From NCBI RefSeq assembly GCF_026571515.1, contig NW_026864902.1:62001-126000 (forward strand): a stretch of DNA of 64,000 nt, written 5' to 3'. Below the pieces are notes generated by a model. The model worked only from the letters and a program-made list of their open reading frames with translations. It ran no database searches and was not told the origin of the DNA. Made by a program: the position numbers and the translations under genes. Of this stretch, positions 1 through 13,780 are shown in pieces. The stretch is from Ruditapes philippinarum (Eukaryota). Numbering within the stretch: position 1 is the stretch's first letter; each line of letters begins with the position of its first letter.

Positions 1-298
1 TCCCTCGTATTATGCATTGATGCCGAATATAATAATGTGCAATTATGTATACATTCTATTCCAGAATAAGCTTAATGTTTCATTGATAACACTGTTAAAT
101 ACCTTTTAATATAAAGGGTATGTTCGATATAGGCTTCTAACATGTAAACAAGTTAGACCGAAGTAATTGTTTTTGTCAATTTTAGGTACGCCTAAAACAT
201 TAAACTTTACATTTTGTAATCGTTTCACAATTGTTACAAAACCATCCAGCTCAGATCATTGTAGAAATCATTTTATGTACAAAAGTCAAGCTATTTTA

Positions 299-3267
299 CA
301 AGGGGCAGGACGTGAAGTGGTTGCACACTTGGTTCAAGCGAGCGAATTGGTTGCAAACTTTTATTAAATTTTTTATTTCTTTGATTACCCCCCCCCCTTC
401 CCCCGGTCTCCTGTCCCCTTCCCCTTTGTGGGCCTATTATTATTTTCTTTGAATTCCTAATCAGTTACAAATTATTTATCATTTAATGATTAACGTGTCG
501 TTGCCCTGTCCTTTTTATGTTTGGGGTCCACCTGGGCTCCTTGCCATTGGTTCTTGTTGCTGGGTCATATGGGGGTTGCGTTCATTGAACGCCGCCTTTC
601 CTTGTTGATCTTGTTTTTCATATTTTGACAAAATGGCAAACACGGCGTGATTTTTTGAAACGGGTGAACGAATTTTTGCCAGGCAAGTAGGTTTCTTTGT
701 TATTTTGAAGTGCATTAGTATGTCTATTCCATAATGCAATATATATGCCACGCTCGGTTCAAGGTTTCGGCATCCTAGATTCTGTTTTGACGAAGTTATT
801 GAAGATATAAACTGATCATGTAGATATTTTGAAATTTGACATGTGACTGTTCTGGTCGGTTTTTCTCCTAATTTATTCGAATTTGTAAGTTTTGAATTGC
901 ATTTAACAATAACAAAATATGTTTCTGTCAATGCTGTACAAATGGTTTAGTTTGCAAGTCCGAAGATAACATTCAATACACAAAAATATCTTGTTCAAGC
1001 ACATTTTGGTTGCAGACTTATACTTCAAGCATTTTTGGTTGCAAACTTTTGTGTCAATAATGTGGCATGCATATTTTTAGCAAGAAATAACATATCTTTT
1101 TGTTTAAATAATTTGCAATATTAAGGCAATTATACCTGTTCATCTAATAAGAAATATATATACAAATTGTGCATGCGTGCAGATATATCCTAACACAGGG
1201 TCTTTCAAATAGATATAAAACACAATATGCTAAATTGAAGTTCAGTTGTGTTTATCTTCATCATTTTTTCTCCTCGATATACTTCTTTTCTTTTTACAAA
1301 GTCTTAGGGCTTTATTTATATCTTGGAATGGCTAACTATAAAGGAAAAGAGGAGAAAAATAGCAACAAACAGCTTTCATCATTGTTCTTTTTTTTTGAGA
1401 TTTGAAATAAATTTGATTGTATAGTAGATACAAACTTTATTAACATTGACACAAGGGCATTATTCACATGTTTCTTTAAATTGTTCCTTATTATTGACCA
1501 ATCGAAACATCTTCCAAATTCCCTAACTCGAACAATGACTTTAAGTAGTTTTGTCACATATCAGTCAATGTAAATTACCAATCGTATATCAGTTATATTA
1601 TGATCTAATAGTCAAAATATTTTTTAGAATACCAAATGACATATAATTATGATATGTACATCAAATCCGAAATATTGTAAACAAGCAAGTCATTTTAACT
1701 TTTGGTTTAAAAGTACATTTACATACTTTTTGTCTAAAGCAACTGCTGATCTTTACATACGAAACAAACAAAACAGGTAAAATGGTTTCCTGCGGGGAAC
1801 ATTTTTAATGATATATTTAGATATTTCATTGAACTATTTTCAAAATTGTTTGTGGGGGGTGAATAAATGAACGTTTGTATTAGGAATATAGTTGACAATA
1901 ATCGATCAATATAGAAGAAGGTCTTTGGAAACTGGTGACCTTTAAAGACCGGAGAAGGTCGAACATAAAACAATTATTTCTTTTTAAAAAAATGATTAAA
2001 TAGGCTTACCATTTTATGAATAATTCCGAGCAAACAAAGAATAAAGTTAACACACAAGTTTACGCAGAAAATATATTTATTATGGCAGATGCCACTACGA
2101 ATATTTTAATTTTGTAGATTTCAGTATAAACAATTTATTGTTTGTAAAATTTGAGATAGATTTTATAGAAACATTGATAATTTTCAAACACATCATTCAA
2201 GTTTTTCCACCTTAAACCGTAAAATAATTATACAAAATTAGAAATATCACGTAATAGTTTTTTGCTCTTAATTAGGTGTAATTCGGACTAATTCCCTAGA
2301 GGTAAATCCGTAACGTACCGGCAAACGGTATTTACCTAGGTTTTCGAAAAGGTCAATTAACCAATCATGTACGGTTTACAGATCACATGCTCCTCCATGT
2401 ACCGAGAACATGTCACGTGCTCCCCCATGCCTCAAAGTAGAACGCCTACCAATACCTTTTTGCATGTAGTTTTCATTTGCATTTTACATACGATGACATA
2501 TTTTAGAATTGAAGTATTAATAAATATTTTTCTTCTATGCGCTATTATTTTGTTTGCAGGCTTTTACTGATGATTATAGTATTGAACTGAGAACCATGTA
2601 ATTTGAAACATAAAGTGCATACTTGTTGTAAAAGAAGAAAGTATAAATAACATTTATAGCAAAAACAAGTAAAAGAACATAAATGTCAATAATTCAATAA
2701 TTGCCATTGAAAATAGGTTAATAAATATAAACTACTACAATCCTTTTGCAAAGTTTTACTATGGATTTCAAAAGAATAAGATTAAGTTTGCAACCAAAAA
2801 TGCTTGAAGTATAAGTCTGCAACCAAAATGTGCTTGAACAAGACATTTTTGTGTATTGAACGTTATCTTCGGACTTGCGAACTAAACCATTTGTACAGCA
2901 TTGACAGAAACATATTTTGTTATTGTTAAATGCAGTTCAAAACTTACAAATTCGAATAAATTAGGAGAAAAACCGACCAGAACAGTCACATGTCAAATTT
3001 CAAAATATCTACATGATCAGTTTATATCTTCAATAACTTCGTCAAAACAGAATCTAGGATGCCGAAACCTTAAACCGAGTGTGGTATATATATTGCATTA
3101 TGGAATAGACATACTAATGAACTTCAAAATAACAAAGAAACCCACTTGCCTGGCAAAAAATCGTTCACCCGTTTCAAAAAATTACGCCGTGTTTGCCATT
3201 TTGTCAAGTTTGCAACCAATTGGCTCGCTTGAACCAAGTGTGCAACCACTTCACGCCCTGTCCCTTG
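299..3267. mobile_element. Non-autonomous DNA transposon with ~480-bp terminal inverted repeats and 4-bp TSD (TTTA); superfamily unassigned
   Basis: Termini CAAGGGGCAGGACGTGAAGTGGTTGCAC (299) and GTGCAACCACTTCACGCCCTGTCCCTTG (3267). Left arm 299-360 + 627-1049 mirrors right arm ~2785-3267. TTTA at 295-298 and 3268-3271. The paralogous site at ~49022-49037 is empty. No transposase ORF inside. Confidence 0.9.
361..626 (+). mobile_element. 3'-terminal fragment of the Naiad-like Penelope element, inserted into the left TIR of the 299-3267 transposon
   Basis: Its reverse complement aligns to ~61580-61890 (ATCAACAAGGAAAGGCGGCGTTCAATGAACGCAAC...GGACCCCAAAC...GGACAGGGC). The right TIR is uninterrupted at the equivalent position (CAAACTT|GACAAAATGG). 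Confidence 0.85.
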
Positions 3268-6179
3268 TTTAGGTAATATAAATTTGATACAGTTTATCAA
3301 CAAATTTCTACATTACTTTTCTGGATTTTGTTTAAGTTAGTTTTATTTATAAATATGACAAGTATAAGTGCTAGGATTGACAATACAATTTATTTTGATT
3401 TTAACGCATTTGGATCCGTGAATGTATCTAGGATCATCAACCTTTGCCTGCATATTGTACTAGCAAATTGCATGATACTGCTATAGAATTTGAAACAACA
3501 TTATGGCTGTCTGAATACTCCGTCTAATATTAACAAGATGTTTTGACATGTCAAAGCTCATAATCAAATGTTAGGACACTTGTTTATTCGTTTCAATGAA
3601 CTCAGATATTATGAACTGTCAATCAAAAACACTAGCAAAAAGTATAATGTTATATCAGTGAAGGGTGTTTCATCGATTAAAGATATATCATTTAGATATG
3701 TTAAGTGTTTACTTTGTCAACACCATCACTAATATAAGGCGGATACGATTTTATGTTTGCCCGATCCATTATACGTGATTAAGTGTCATTAAGTGTCTGG
3801 CAATCTCTGCTGATTGAAAAAGTCATAAAAAGATTACTTTTATTAAGCCAGATAACGTATTTATTCATACATTTTTTATGAACTGTTGGTGGATGTGGTA
3901 TATTTGAATAGGTTTATTCTTTGTTCATCAAGGAAATAAATTAAACACTTTGTCTCAAGATGGTATTTTTATGATTCAATATCAGCAATAGTCCAAAATA
4001 AATTCATCTGTTTCAATTTAAGCGATCTTTGATGATAATTCACACACCAATTTGTTTAATAAATAAGAAATATAAATTTTACTTCTAGTGATGTTTATTT
4101 AATTATAATAAGAATTAAGTTAAGTAAGTACATTTAGTTTAATGAATCAGTTTGTACAATCATGTTGTAATACAAATATCAATTTGAGTGGAAATCGGTT
4201 CTGTTAAAGAGTATCAAAATAACAAAAATAATACAAAAATACAATGCTGCGGCCTCATTGTTTTACTTTTACACTTGCTATTTACGACTAACAAATCATC
4301 AACAAAAACAAATGTATAAATGTATATAACAAATAGTTTTACCTTCAACGTCATGACAATTTATGTGGTTAAAACATACAAGAATTATTCAGACCTAATA
4401 GACGATATTTTAATAGCATAACAAGGTAATGTTCAACATGTACAAAATGTAGCACTAGGTTGTGTCCATTGATTGGGATGGTGTATAAATAAGCAATTTG
4501 ACATGATATACATTAATAAGCATATCGTCAGTATTCAAATTGACCTCTTTTGTTACTATATATAACATAATAATTATTAACTAAAATCATATCATATTAC
4601 CTCCACATTGCTGCCTATTTCTACAAGAACTAATTTATGGTTATGCTTTGATGAACATTGTTAAAATGTAATTAAACAGAAACATCTGTCTAGCGGAAAC
4701 TAATCTTTAAAATACTCCAGTCAATATTTAGAGTAATGTGAAAATGTTACAGTTTTATAACCTTTCATAAGACATCTTGTACTTTATCTAAAGACAATTA
4801 ACTTACATTTAAAATATGTAAATCAAACATGCTGTCCGTCATTTCAATGTCATATCTGTTAAAGTGTGGTATATAGCTCTTTTTGTGATCTTCTGCATCG
4901 ATTTAAGATTATTAAGACTATTGAAACCAGGAAAGTACTTTGTAATTGTTGGAAAAGATAATCTGCTTTACAATTAAGAAGAACGTATAGTTTCATATTG
5001 ATTTGAAATTTATATTGCGGTGTTAATTTTCTTTCAATCCATACAAAGGTGGCGCAAAACAAAAATAAAACGATTGTCTAGAATAATTTTTTTAAAATCT
5101 GTTTAACCCGAATATATTTTTCTTTTAATGGTTATATGGCATTGGAGGGATAGTGTCAATTTAATTGTCTACACTGCATTATTTTGTCTTTCAATATGCA
5201 TGTACTAATATACGTAACATCGATAACATAAATGACGGTAATAAATAAGTCATGCAATAAAAAGTTGATATCGCGTCTGTCACAGCCTTAATTTACCCAG
5301 TGTTTATGATACGAATCATAATGTGTTAGGTGTTGAAACCAATATTATACTGACTTTCACGTTATATCTATAAATTAAAATATACTTATTAATATTTGAT
5401 TTGATAACGAAAGCATTTTATTGAAGTTAAAAGTACACCTTTACAAATTAAGTTTAAAGCCAAATCTGGTCTTTTTTAAAATAATTCACTGACAGAACGT
5501 GTTCAACAATACCATACGTTCAATGTTAACTACTGTGATATCGTTTTACATCGATTTGAAACTCATGTTTAGATACATGCAAACCCTTACAGACTGACTT
5601 TAAACTTAAGAGCGACACGCATTATATTCATTGACATCAAACGAAATTAATAAATAAATAACTTGTAATGTATGCATAGAAGTAATACCAATAAATTCTA
5701 CAGTCCATTCCCCTTATGACCAGATTTAAGTCATCACTATCTTTTTTCCAAACACCAGAAAATGCTTTGACCGGTTTATCGGCAACTCTTATAATCCCCG
5801 ACTATAGTATCTTTGTTAAATAAGGTCATAAATTGAATTATGTTGGAGATTTAATGGTATCATACAGGACTTCTTCTTCTCCAATTATTTACAGATCAAA
5901 TAATTTTAAACATAATAGCAGTGGCTGTTGAAGACTCCTAATATAAAATATTGCCGAGATCATTGTTAATATATATCGTCATTGCGCCGTTCGTACTTTA
6001 AGCACATGGACATTTATTTTTCAATCGATTCATGTACCTTTTTAGCCTTCTTAATGAAAAAAAAACAACAATACTCAAAATAAAAAAATAAGAATCCTTA
6101 AAGAAAGCCCAGGTTCGGTTTGATTGAGCCTGTTCATGGACGGTACTGTCAAGTGCAAACTACCGTCCACCCTCCTAGC

Positions 6180-6410
6180 ACTTTGTTGACCTCTAACCCT
6201 TTCCCCCTAGCCTTTTTTGGTTGGTATCCCATCAGGGACTATGAATTATTTTATGTAAGGAAGATATTCAGCTGGCATACAGAATCGTTTAGTTTAGGTA
6301 TCTGAAATAATGGACGAATGGAAGAAGGGCCGCCTAATGTCTTCCTTCAACGGTATATTTGCAAAGTCGCGCTATGTCATCCGATGTGTTGATGCAATTC
6401 AAACCCATGC
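6180..6410 (+). mobile_element. Degenerate tRNA-derived SINE (same family as 51748-51902)
   Basis: Shares ordered motifs with 51748-51902 (CTGAAATAATG, GTCTTCCT, GCTATGT, TGTGTTGATG...AAACCC) and has a decayed tRNA-like head. Confidence 0.55.
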
Positions 6411-8793
6411 AAATTTAAGAAAGTAAAAAAAAATGTAGAATAAACCCGGTATTAAAACATTATACAGGTACATATAAATTGATTGAAATATTTTAATTTT
6501 AGATACAAATGTGTATATCTTATTAAAGAAAAGCAATATTGTTGTTTCGTCCGATTGCCATCACCTTCATATTGTTCCTGTCACCAGACATATAAATCAG
6601 AACATATGTTGTTGTTATGATTAGACAGACAGAAGAGACAACTCTAAATACATCTCAAACATAAATAAATGAAGATCATTAAGGTTGAAGGTAGAGATTG
6701 TGACAGATATACGTAACACGTGTTTTAACTATGCAATAAATGGCGGTTCGCCTGTACTTACATACAAAAAGTGTGACAAAATATTCCAGGAAAAAACTTT
6801 AAAGCTGTCATTTTTTGACATTGATTTGGTACAGTGTCATGTACAGTATTTTATGTCTAATATGTTTCGCTCGTTATTATGTCACTATACACAAAAAAGA
6901 CAGGTTTTGTGTACAAAGGGATACCGCTTACTAATGACATACTACAAAATATATGCGTCTGTTTTCCTAAAACATCTTCTTTTAAAATGGAAAAAGCGGA
7001 GTAAAATGTATGAATTTAAAAAGAAGGCATTTTTATTGATATTTGACATTCCTTAATTGTTTTAGTTTTACCTAATTCCTTAATAGCACCTCTTAGGCGA
7101 AAATGATTTTAGAATATAAATTTATCTCTTAACCCAGCTTGATATGCAATCTTAAATTGTTGACAAATCGATGAAAATATTTGAATATACATGTATAAAG
7201 GTAGGGTGTTTTCCGGAACAAAAAAAAGATAATCTGTTTTTTAGTTTTGTTTTAACAATTAAAACGATTTATTACATTGCGTCATTCTTTTTTAAGGAAA
7301 TATTCTACGATATTTCTTTCAAAAAAAACATTTTGAAATAATTTATCGAAATCATCATTTAATATTAAAAGACGTCGGGTAGTTTACAAGACATACTTCT
7401 AGTAAAAAACATTGAAAGCGTTGTATTTATTTGTTAGTTGCCGCTGTTGTTTTTCTTTTTGAACAAAGTACCGTTTTCTACCTAACATTACATACGAAGA
7501 AAAAAAACATTTTTTAACGATAATGAGGTGAATGAATGACAAGGCACGACACAAATCAGAAGTAATCATTTAATAAAGACTTACAAATTTTCTAAAAAAC
7601 GAGGTGACAAAAAATTTCAACAGTAAAATACAGTTTTTACATTTTAAGTGCGCTATGTAAAATTTGATGTCTTTTTGAACACTTTCAGATCAAAGCATCA
7701 GATGAAGCCTAGACAAACATTTTAATACTAAATGTTTTTAAAGAAAACATTTTGTAACATGTGGAAGAAATTATTTTTACACTTTAGAATAAAATTTTTT
7801 GTTAACGTCATTGACATCAAAGGGCATAAAGTCCTTTAAAAGGAAACAAAAAGAAGGGAAAAAAGGGGAAAAAAGAAAAAAGGGAAAAGAAAGATAAGAA
7901 AAAAAAAACCCCAAAAAAAAAAGCTGAAGAAGAAAAAAAATAAAAATTGCCTGCTTTTTTAAAAAAATCATTATATACATTATACAATATCTTGTAACGT
8001 TATCAACTATTACAAAATACCTTTAATTGAATTATTTATATTAAGAACTTGCAAGCCTATATTTCATCATTTTGTGGTATTAAATAACCTGAATAGAAAT
8101 AGATATTCAAGGAATAAGCTGCATATAACATGACAATGTCGATCTCCGTTTAAATGTATTCATGTTTAAATACTAGTATATTGCTCTTGAAACAAGAACA
8201 TGTAACATGCGTATTTTGTATCAGATACACAGAAATAAAGTTTGCATGTTCATTAATACTTTCATTCATGAAAACACTCAATTTCTACGAATCTACGGTT
8301 TAACACTCCGATTAACTTACAAAACTAGATAACACAAAATTAATATGAGAAAATGTTTTTTTAATCATGTTAATGTTGATAAATGCTCTTTATATTTCTT
8401 TGATAGAATAATGCTTAGTGCCTGATTATTTTATAAACTTGTTTGCTTGAAAAAAAAAAACCGATTCTGATGTCACTGATCTTTTTTCTACCGTCAATCT
8501 GAAATCATTCTAAGAATTTCTGAGGGTCATGTTTTGTCTTGGGTAGAGGGTAGAGTAATGTAACATTTTTTTTCTTGAGATAATAAATCTCCAAAGGTCA
8601 AGCTTTGTTAAATTAATTAAAATTCAAAATTTCGTTCGGTTCCGAGAATTTTCCAAGTTGTTGGCCCCGGAAAAATGAAACGCATACGTAAAACATAGAA
8701 TTGGATAAATACCGTCCAAGCACAAGACTTTAATGTAATTGTGTTTTGTATAAACTATACATCACGAATCTGTTTTGAAAATTTTATGCTATA

Positions 8794-8941
8794 ATAGCGT
8801 CAACGCACGTTTATTTCGTGTTATAAAGTCTGCAGAGTCCCTCGGAACTGTTGGAGCCCTCGCCCTACCGGGCTCGGGCACCAACCGTTCCTCGGGACTC
8901 TGCAGACGTTATAACACGGAAAAAACGTGCGTTAACCCTAT
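8794..8941. mobile_element. Fully palindromic MITE-like element (Crypton-like non-autonomous type)
   Basis: Arms AACGCACGTTTATTTCGTGTTATAAAGTCTGCAGAGTCCC and GGGACTCTGCAGACGTTATAACACGGAAAAAACGTGCGTT around a GC-rich core (GCCCTCGCCCTACCGGGCTCGGGC). Confidence 0.8.
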
Positions 8942-10580
8942 ATTAAAAAGTTGATAGTCTCTGCCATTACAGTTACCTCTTAGATTTCAAGATATGCTAG
9001 CAATATGATAGCTGAATCTAACGCTCATGTTGTGAAAATCGACTTTATAAGATACGTTAATATTTTTCCAGTAAGAAGCCTACAGAGTTGCATGCCTTGA
9101 TTGAAAAGTAAAATTGATTTCTAAACAATTTTAAAAAAGATTCGATGTAGTTAAAGTACGAACGGCACAATAAAGATGGTATTGACACTAGTTTTACTAA
9201 GGGTCTTCAAAAGCAACTGTTATTGCATGTAATTTTATTTCAATGGGTATTAAACGTTTTGGAAACACTTTAACTATGTTTGTAATTCAAGACATCCAAT
9301 TAAAGATAGTGTTCCGTAATTAATTGGAGAAGAAGCCTTGTGTGATACCATATAATTTACAAAGTAATTCAACCTTATTTAATAGAGATACTATAGTCGT
9401 AGATTCTTAGAGATATTGCCGATAACCCGGACAAAGCATTTCCTGGTAACAAGAAATAGACAGTAGTGACTTAAATAGGGAAATAAATTGAACGGACTCG
9501 TATGCATTACAATTGAAAGATATTTATTCCTTTCATTTTAATGTCAATGCATGTAATGTATAGCACCCTTAAATAGTTAAAAACTGTTTAAACCCAGTAT
9601 GTAAGGGTTTGCATATATATATACACGAATTTCAAATTATTCATACCTTATCAAGGTAATTAACATTGAATGTATGATGTTGTCACACACGTTTTGTCAA
9701 TAAAATACTTGAGAAAAAGACCGGATTTGGTTTTGGTCTGAATTTGTATATATGTACTTTTAACTCCAATGAAAATGTTTTTAAAAATATATCATGAAAG
9801 TCACTATAATATGGGCATCAACACCTAACTCATTATGATTTGTATCATATAAATTGGTTTAATAAAAACTGCGACATCAACTTATTATTGAATGATTTAT
9901 TTACTGCATCAGATAAGCTACATTTCTATTATCAATGTTAAGAATGTTAGTACATGCATATTGAAAGATAAAAAGTTATGTAGACAATTCAATTGACACA
10001 ATCCCTCCAATGCCATAAAACCGTTTAAAGGGTTCAATATATTTAAAAAGACTTATTCACAACAATTGTGTTAATTATGTTTTGGGAAAGTAAACATAAG
10101 TATACTACCGTTTTCATAAGTATCAATTGAAAGAAAAGTAACCTCTGTATAAGAAAATTCAAATCAATATGAAACATTCTTCTTAGTTGTAAGCAGATTA
10201 TCTTTTACAACATTAATAAAGTACTTTACTTAGTTAAATGGCGTATCTTATATCCATCCAGAATGTCACAAAAAAGAGCTATATAAGACACTTTAACAGA
10301 ATAGGACATTAAAATGACGTAAATCATGTTTGATTTATATATCTTAAATCTATTGATAAAGTGCAAGATGTCTTATAAACTAAAGTAAAACTTTATGACT
10401 TTCACATTGCTGTTAATATTGACAGGAGAAATTTAAGGATTAGATTCTAGTAGTATTTAAGTACATTCTAAACAAATTTACATTATTGCATAACTTTAAA
10501 TTATTAATTCCAAAACCCTAAAAATCCGATTGATTGTGATACTGGAATACTTGACATCTAAAGCGGTAAAACATAAACTT

Positions 10581-10700
10581 CCTCCGTGGTCGAGTAGTCT
10601 AGTACTGGTGTAACTCTCGAGGAACGATTGTTTAGAAACTCCCCGCCTATATGACGACTGAAATACTGTTGGGAAAAAGCGTAAAATAAAACAAACTGAA
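10581..10700 (+). mobile_element. Internally deleted tRNA-derived SINE
   Basis: A-box-like CCTCCGTGGTCGAGTAGTCTAG head fused to the tail GACTGAAATACTGTTGGGAAAAAGCGTAAAATAAAACAAAC; absent from the paralogous copies. Confidence 0.6.
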
Positions 10701-10922
10701 AGAAGGTAAAACATAAAACAGATATTATCAAATTTACAATCTGGATCTAAGCTTGAACTTAACTTATCATGTTATTTTCAACAAAGCGGATTTTCAAATA
10801 AAATCAATATTTTTATCACAACAAGACTGTATAAACTGATTCATTTGATTAAATGTACTTTACTTAATTCTAATTTTAAATAAATAAACATCACTTGAAA
10901 AACATATTATATGTCTTATACT

Positions 10923-10980
10923 TTTGTTTGCTTGTTTGTTTCATTTTACGTCTTTTCCCAACAGTATTTCAGTCATATCT
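10923..10980 (-). mobile_element. SINE 3' tail fragment, inverted relative to 10581-10700
   Basis: Reverse complement GATATGACTGAAATACTGTTGGGAAAAGACGTAAAATGAAACAAACAAGCAAAC matches 10650-10696. Confidence 0.65.
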
Positions 10981-12377
10981 TCTAATGGCCTTTTCAATCA
11001 GCAGAGATTACCAGACACTTAATCACGTATAATGAATCCGGTAAACATAAAAACGTATTCGCCTTATTGCAATGATAGTGTTGACAAAATAAACTCTTAA
11101 CATATTTTAATGATATATCTTAAATCAATGAAACACTCTTCACTGATATAACATTATACTTTTGCTAGTGTTTTTATTGACAGTTCATAATATTTGAGTT
11201 CATTGAAACAAATAAACAAGTGTCCTAAAATGTGATCTTAAGTGTTGACATGTCAAAACGTTAAGGTTTAGAAATGCTATCTTGGTAATATTAGACGGAG
11301 TATTCAGACAGGCATAATGGTGTTTCAAATTCTATAGAAAAAACATGCAATTTGCTGGTACAATATGCAGGCAAAGGTTGGTGATCCTAGATACATTCAC
11401 AGACACTTAGGGAGATCGTTAGAATAAAGATAAAGATAAATTGTAGTGCCCATCCATCTCAATAAAACATAAACAAATTCATATATCAAAGTCTATAATA
11501 AACACATTCAAGATAAAACTGTTTCTTGGAAAAAACTACGCAAATGAACCCTCATAAACACTTTGCATTATATTTCATTTCTAATATTTTCACAAAATCC
11601 TTATGTTCATCGACGCAGTACTTTTCTCTACGATCAGGGTTAACTTGGTCGATGTAATTTCATAAAAGGTAGACTCTTCAATCACACATGAAATATTATT
11701 TGTGTTTTGTGTCAGTACATAAAACCTTGCATTTCAGGCAAAAACTGTAAGTGACGCCAATAGAAAAACCACATGTTGCATTTATATTTCATTTTAAAAT
11801 AAGCCGTTCAATAGTAAATATATAACCATGTTGATTACTCAAATAAATGCCATGAAACATTGTTTTTTTGTTTCTAATAGGGAAGATATTCAAAAGAGGG
11901 TTGGAGACCTTAATACACGCTCTATGTTCAATATGTGTGTGGGCATAGTCCGAAAGTCTACTAAATTAATAAATTTATACTCGTTATGTAATATCATTTT
12001 TGTTATTAAATAGTCTTGTATTACGCATTCTCTTCATCTATAATTGTCCCATTTGCTTTTTAGGACGAAATTCTTATTAAATAAATGGAAATATATTCAT
12101 ATAAATTTATATAAACCTTTTAAATAGTTTAACAAAATTGTCTGGGCTGGATGGTTTTCTAACGCTCGAAAAATGCTTACAAGACGTAATGTTTAATGTT
12201 TAGAATGCATCTAAAATTGATCAAAACGATTTCTTAAGTCTAAATTGTTTACATGTTAGGAGCCTATATCGGATGTGTAGCTAAAAAAGGGAAGCGACTT
12301 CAAGGTAAATGAATAACTTTTGGCGAAAGGCAAAACCATTTTCAAAATGTATAACTTTGTACATAAAAAAAACTTAC

Positions 12378-12437
12378 ACAAACATTAAATAATCCAACAA
12401 GCAATGTCACCAGAAACGATATTTTGAGGCCTTATCA
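12378..12437 (-). pseudogene. Decayed signal-peptide-like exon (…LKISFLVTLLVGLFNVC|gtaagt)
   Basis: Hydrophobic frame ends at a phase-0 GTAAGT. ACTTAC (minus-strand GTAAGT) is kept in the diverged paralogs near 20156 and 57577. Related segments at 65-120 (+) and ~49215-49277 (-) start directly after TATTCCAG. No copy has an intact start. Confidence 0.35.
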
Positions 12438-12925
12438 GGAATAGACACGTCAAATTAAACTAGATGGATATTTCAGCAGAAATACACTATACATAAATAT
12501 AAATCCTGACACACTATTCTTACATCAGCAAATAAAAAAAGAAAAAAAATTTGAAACTTTGTTATAAATGTACGCAAAATGAAATGTACTACTTCATAAC
12601 GAGATGAATATTTCTAACGTTTGATAACGTTTCAGTTGGAGAATTATAACAAGATCACGGCAACTGAAGGCATTTACAATCGAGCTTGTCACTGAGTCAA
12701 ACCGTATGCATAATAGTTCATTATTATATTCGGCTTCAGTTTAAATATATAGTTATGCTTACACATTCATGAAAAGCACCGACCTTACAAAATTACATGT
12801 AAGACATAATCCTATTGGTTTCACAATCGGTTGTCGACATAGCCAATTAGATGTTGTTATTGTATGTTATTGTAACAAAGCTTCCTGAGAATGTGACATC
12901 TGTGCAAATGTATGACACTGATATC

Positions 12926-13780
12926 AACAAAAATCGGTTGAACCGGATGATGCTCCCCGAATAGATTTTTGACACAGAAAAGTATACCTCTTGTAGTTTC
13001 AGAGTTATATCCTGGACAAAGTTCAAAGTGCAATAATTCAAAACTAAAGCAAGACATAGTTACTGTTCTTTGCACTGCTAATCTCCCAATGATATCTATA
13101 TACATACAAAATTTCAAAATATGGCAATAACTTCAAAATTAGGCAAGGTATAGTTACGGTTCTTGTGCACTGCACATCTATCCAATGACATATATTTACT
13201 TTAAAGCATCTTGTTCGTATCTATTATACTTTCAGAACAATGTCCTGGACAATGTTTATAATGTAAAAAACGGACAAAGGGCAATAACTACATGATTAGG
13301 CCAAAAGAGTTATGGTTCTTTTACACGGCAATTGTACCCTGTGAGATCTATCTACCTACATAGTTTCATGTTGATATATCTTATAGTTTAAGAGTTATGT
13401 CCCTAACAAAGTTCAAAAAATTAAAATGAACAAAGGGCAATAACTCCAAAATAAGGCAAGGCAATGTTACGGTTCTTATGCACTGCACGTCTACAAAATG
13501 AGACCTATCTACCTAAAAAGTGTCTTGTCCATATTTATTATACAACAGAACGGACGGACGTTCCAACATTTTGGCTTTAGGGGCTATTTTTCTTTGCTAT
13601 TTTCTTTGTTATCTTTAGGGCTACTAGCCCCTAAACCATTTGATCACGGAATGAACCTATTGTTCTCTTTTGTTCTCTTTACTGTTACATAGCCCCTAAA
13701 CCCAAAATGTTTGCTCGGACGGACAGACGGACGGACGGACGGACAAAGTGGCGACTATGCTCACCCTTCGGGAAGCATAA
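12926..13780 (+). mobile_element. Helentron-associated non-autonomous element (HINE/pearl-like) with tandem core repeats and GGAC microsatellite
   Basis: AACAA 5' end, subterminal ATGCTCCCCGA, about 4 diverged cores (AAGGGCAATAACT...GTTACGGTTCTT..GCACTGCA), (GGAC)n, 3' palindrome TATGCTCACCCTTCGGGAAGCATA. Empty site at ~50035-50050. Confidence 0.85.
13560..13716. mobile_element. 157-bp MITE nested in the HINE microsatellite (Sola-like termini, possible GGAC TSD)
   Basis: TIRs AACATTTTGGCTTTAGGGGCTAT / ATAGCCCCTAAACCCAAAATGTTTGCTC; internal palindrome TTTAGGGGCTACTAGCCCCTAAA; GGAC on both sides. Confidence 0.7.

Larger units (their letters stand above)
1..6030 (-). repeat. Inverted paralogous copy of the duplicated block (1-298 plus 3268-6030)
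   Basis: Reverse complement aligns to 45915-49430 (closely) and to ~9130-12740 (more diverged). Examples: 5380-5530 vs 45917-46070; 3270-3330 vs 48970-49030; ORF-track near-twins 4859-5062 and 46330-46581. Confidence 0.9.

Noticed and set aside
515-3272. Twin ORFs 515-931 (-) and 2901-3272 (+), MTETYFVIVKC...
   Set aside because: They are mirror images from the transposon TIRs, start at TTG and have no recognisable domain.
7780-7975. A/G homopolymer-rich tract and Phe-rich ORF
   Set aside because: Low-complexity sequence, probably low-quality consensus; no coding signal.
11553-11660. Minus-strand frame REKYCVDEHKDFVKILEMKYNAKCL* resembling a chemokine C-terminus
   Set aside because: Short resemblance, no acceptor or N-terminal Cys pair, frameshifted in the paralog, and chemokines are not expected in this lineage. 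At most another decayed exon.
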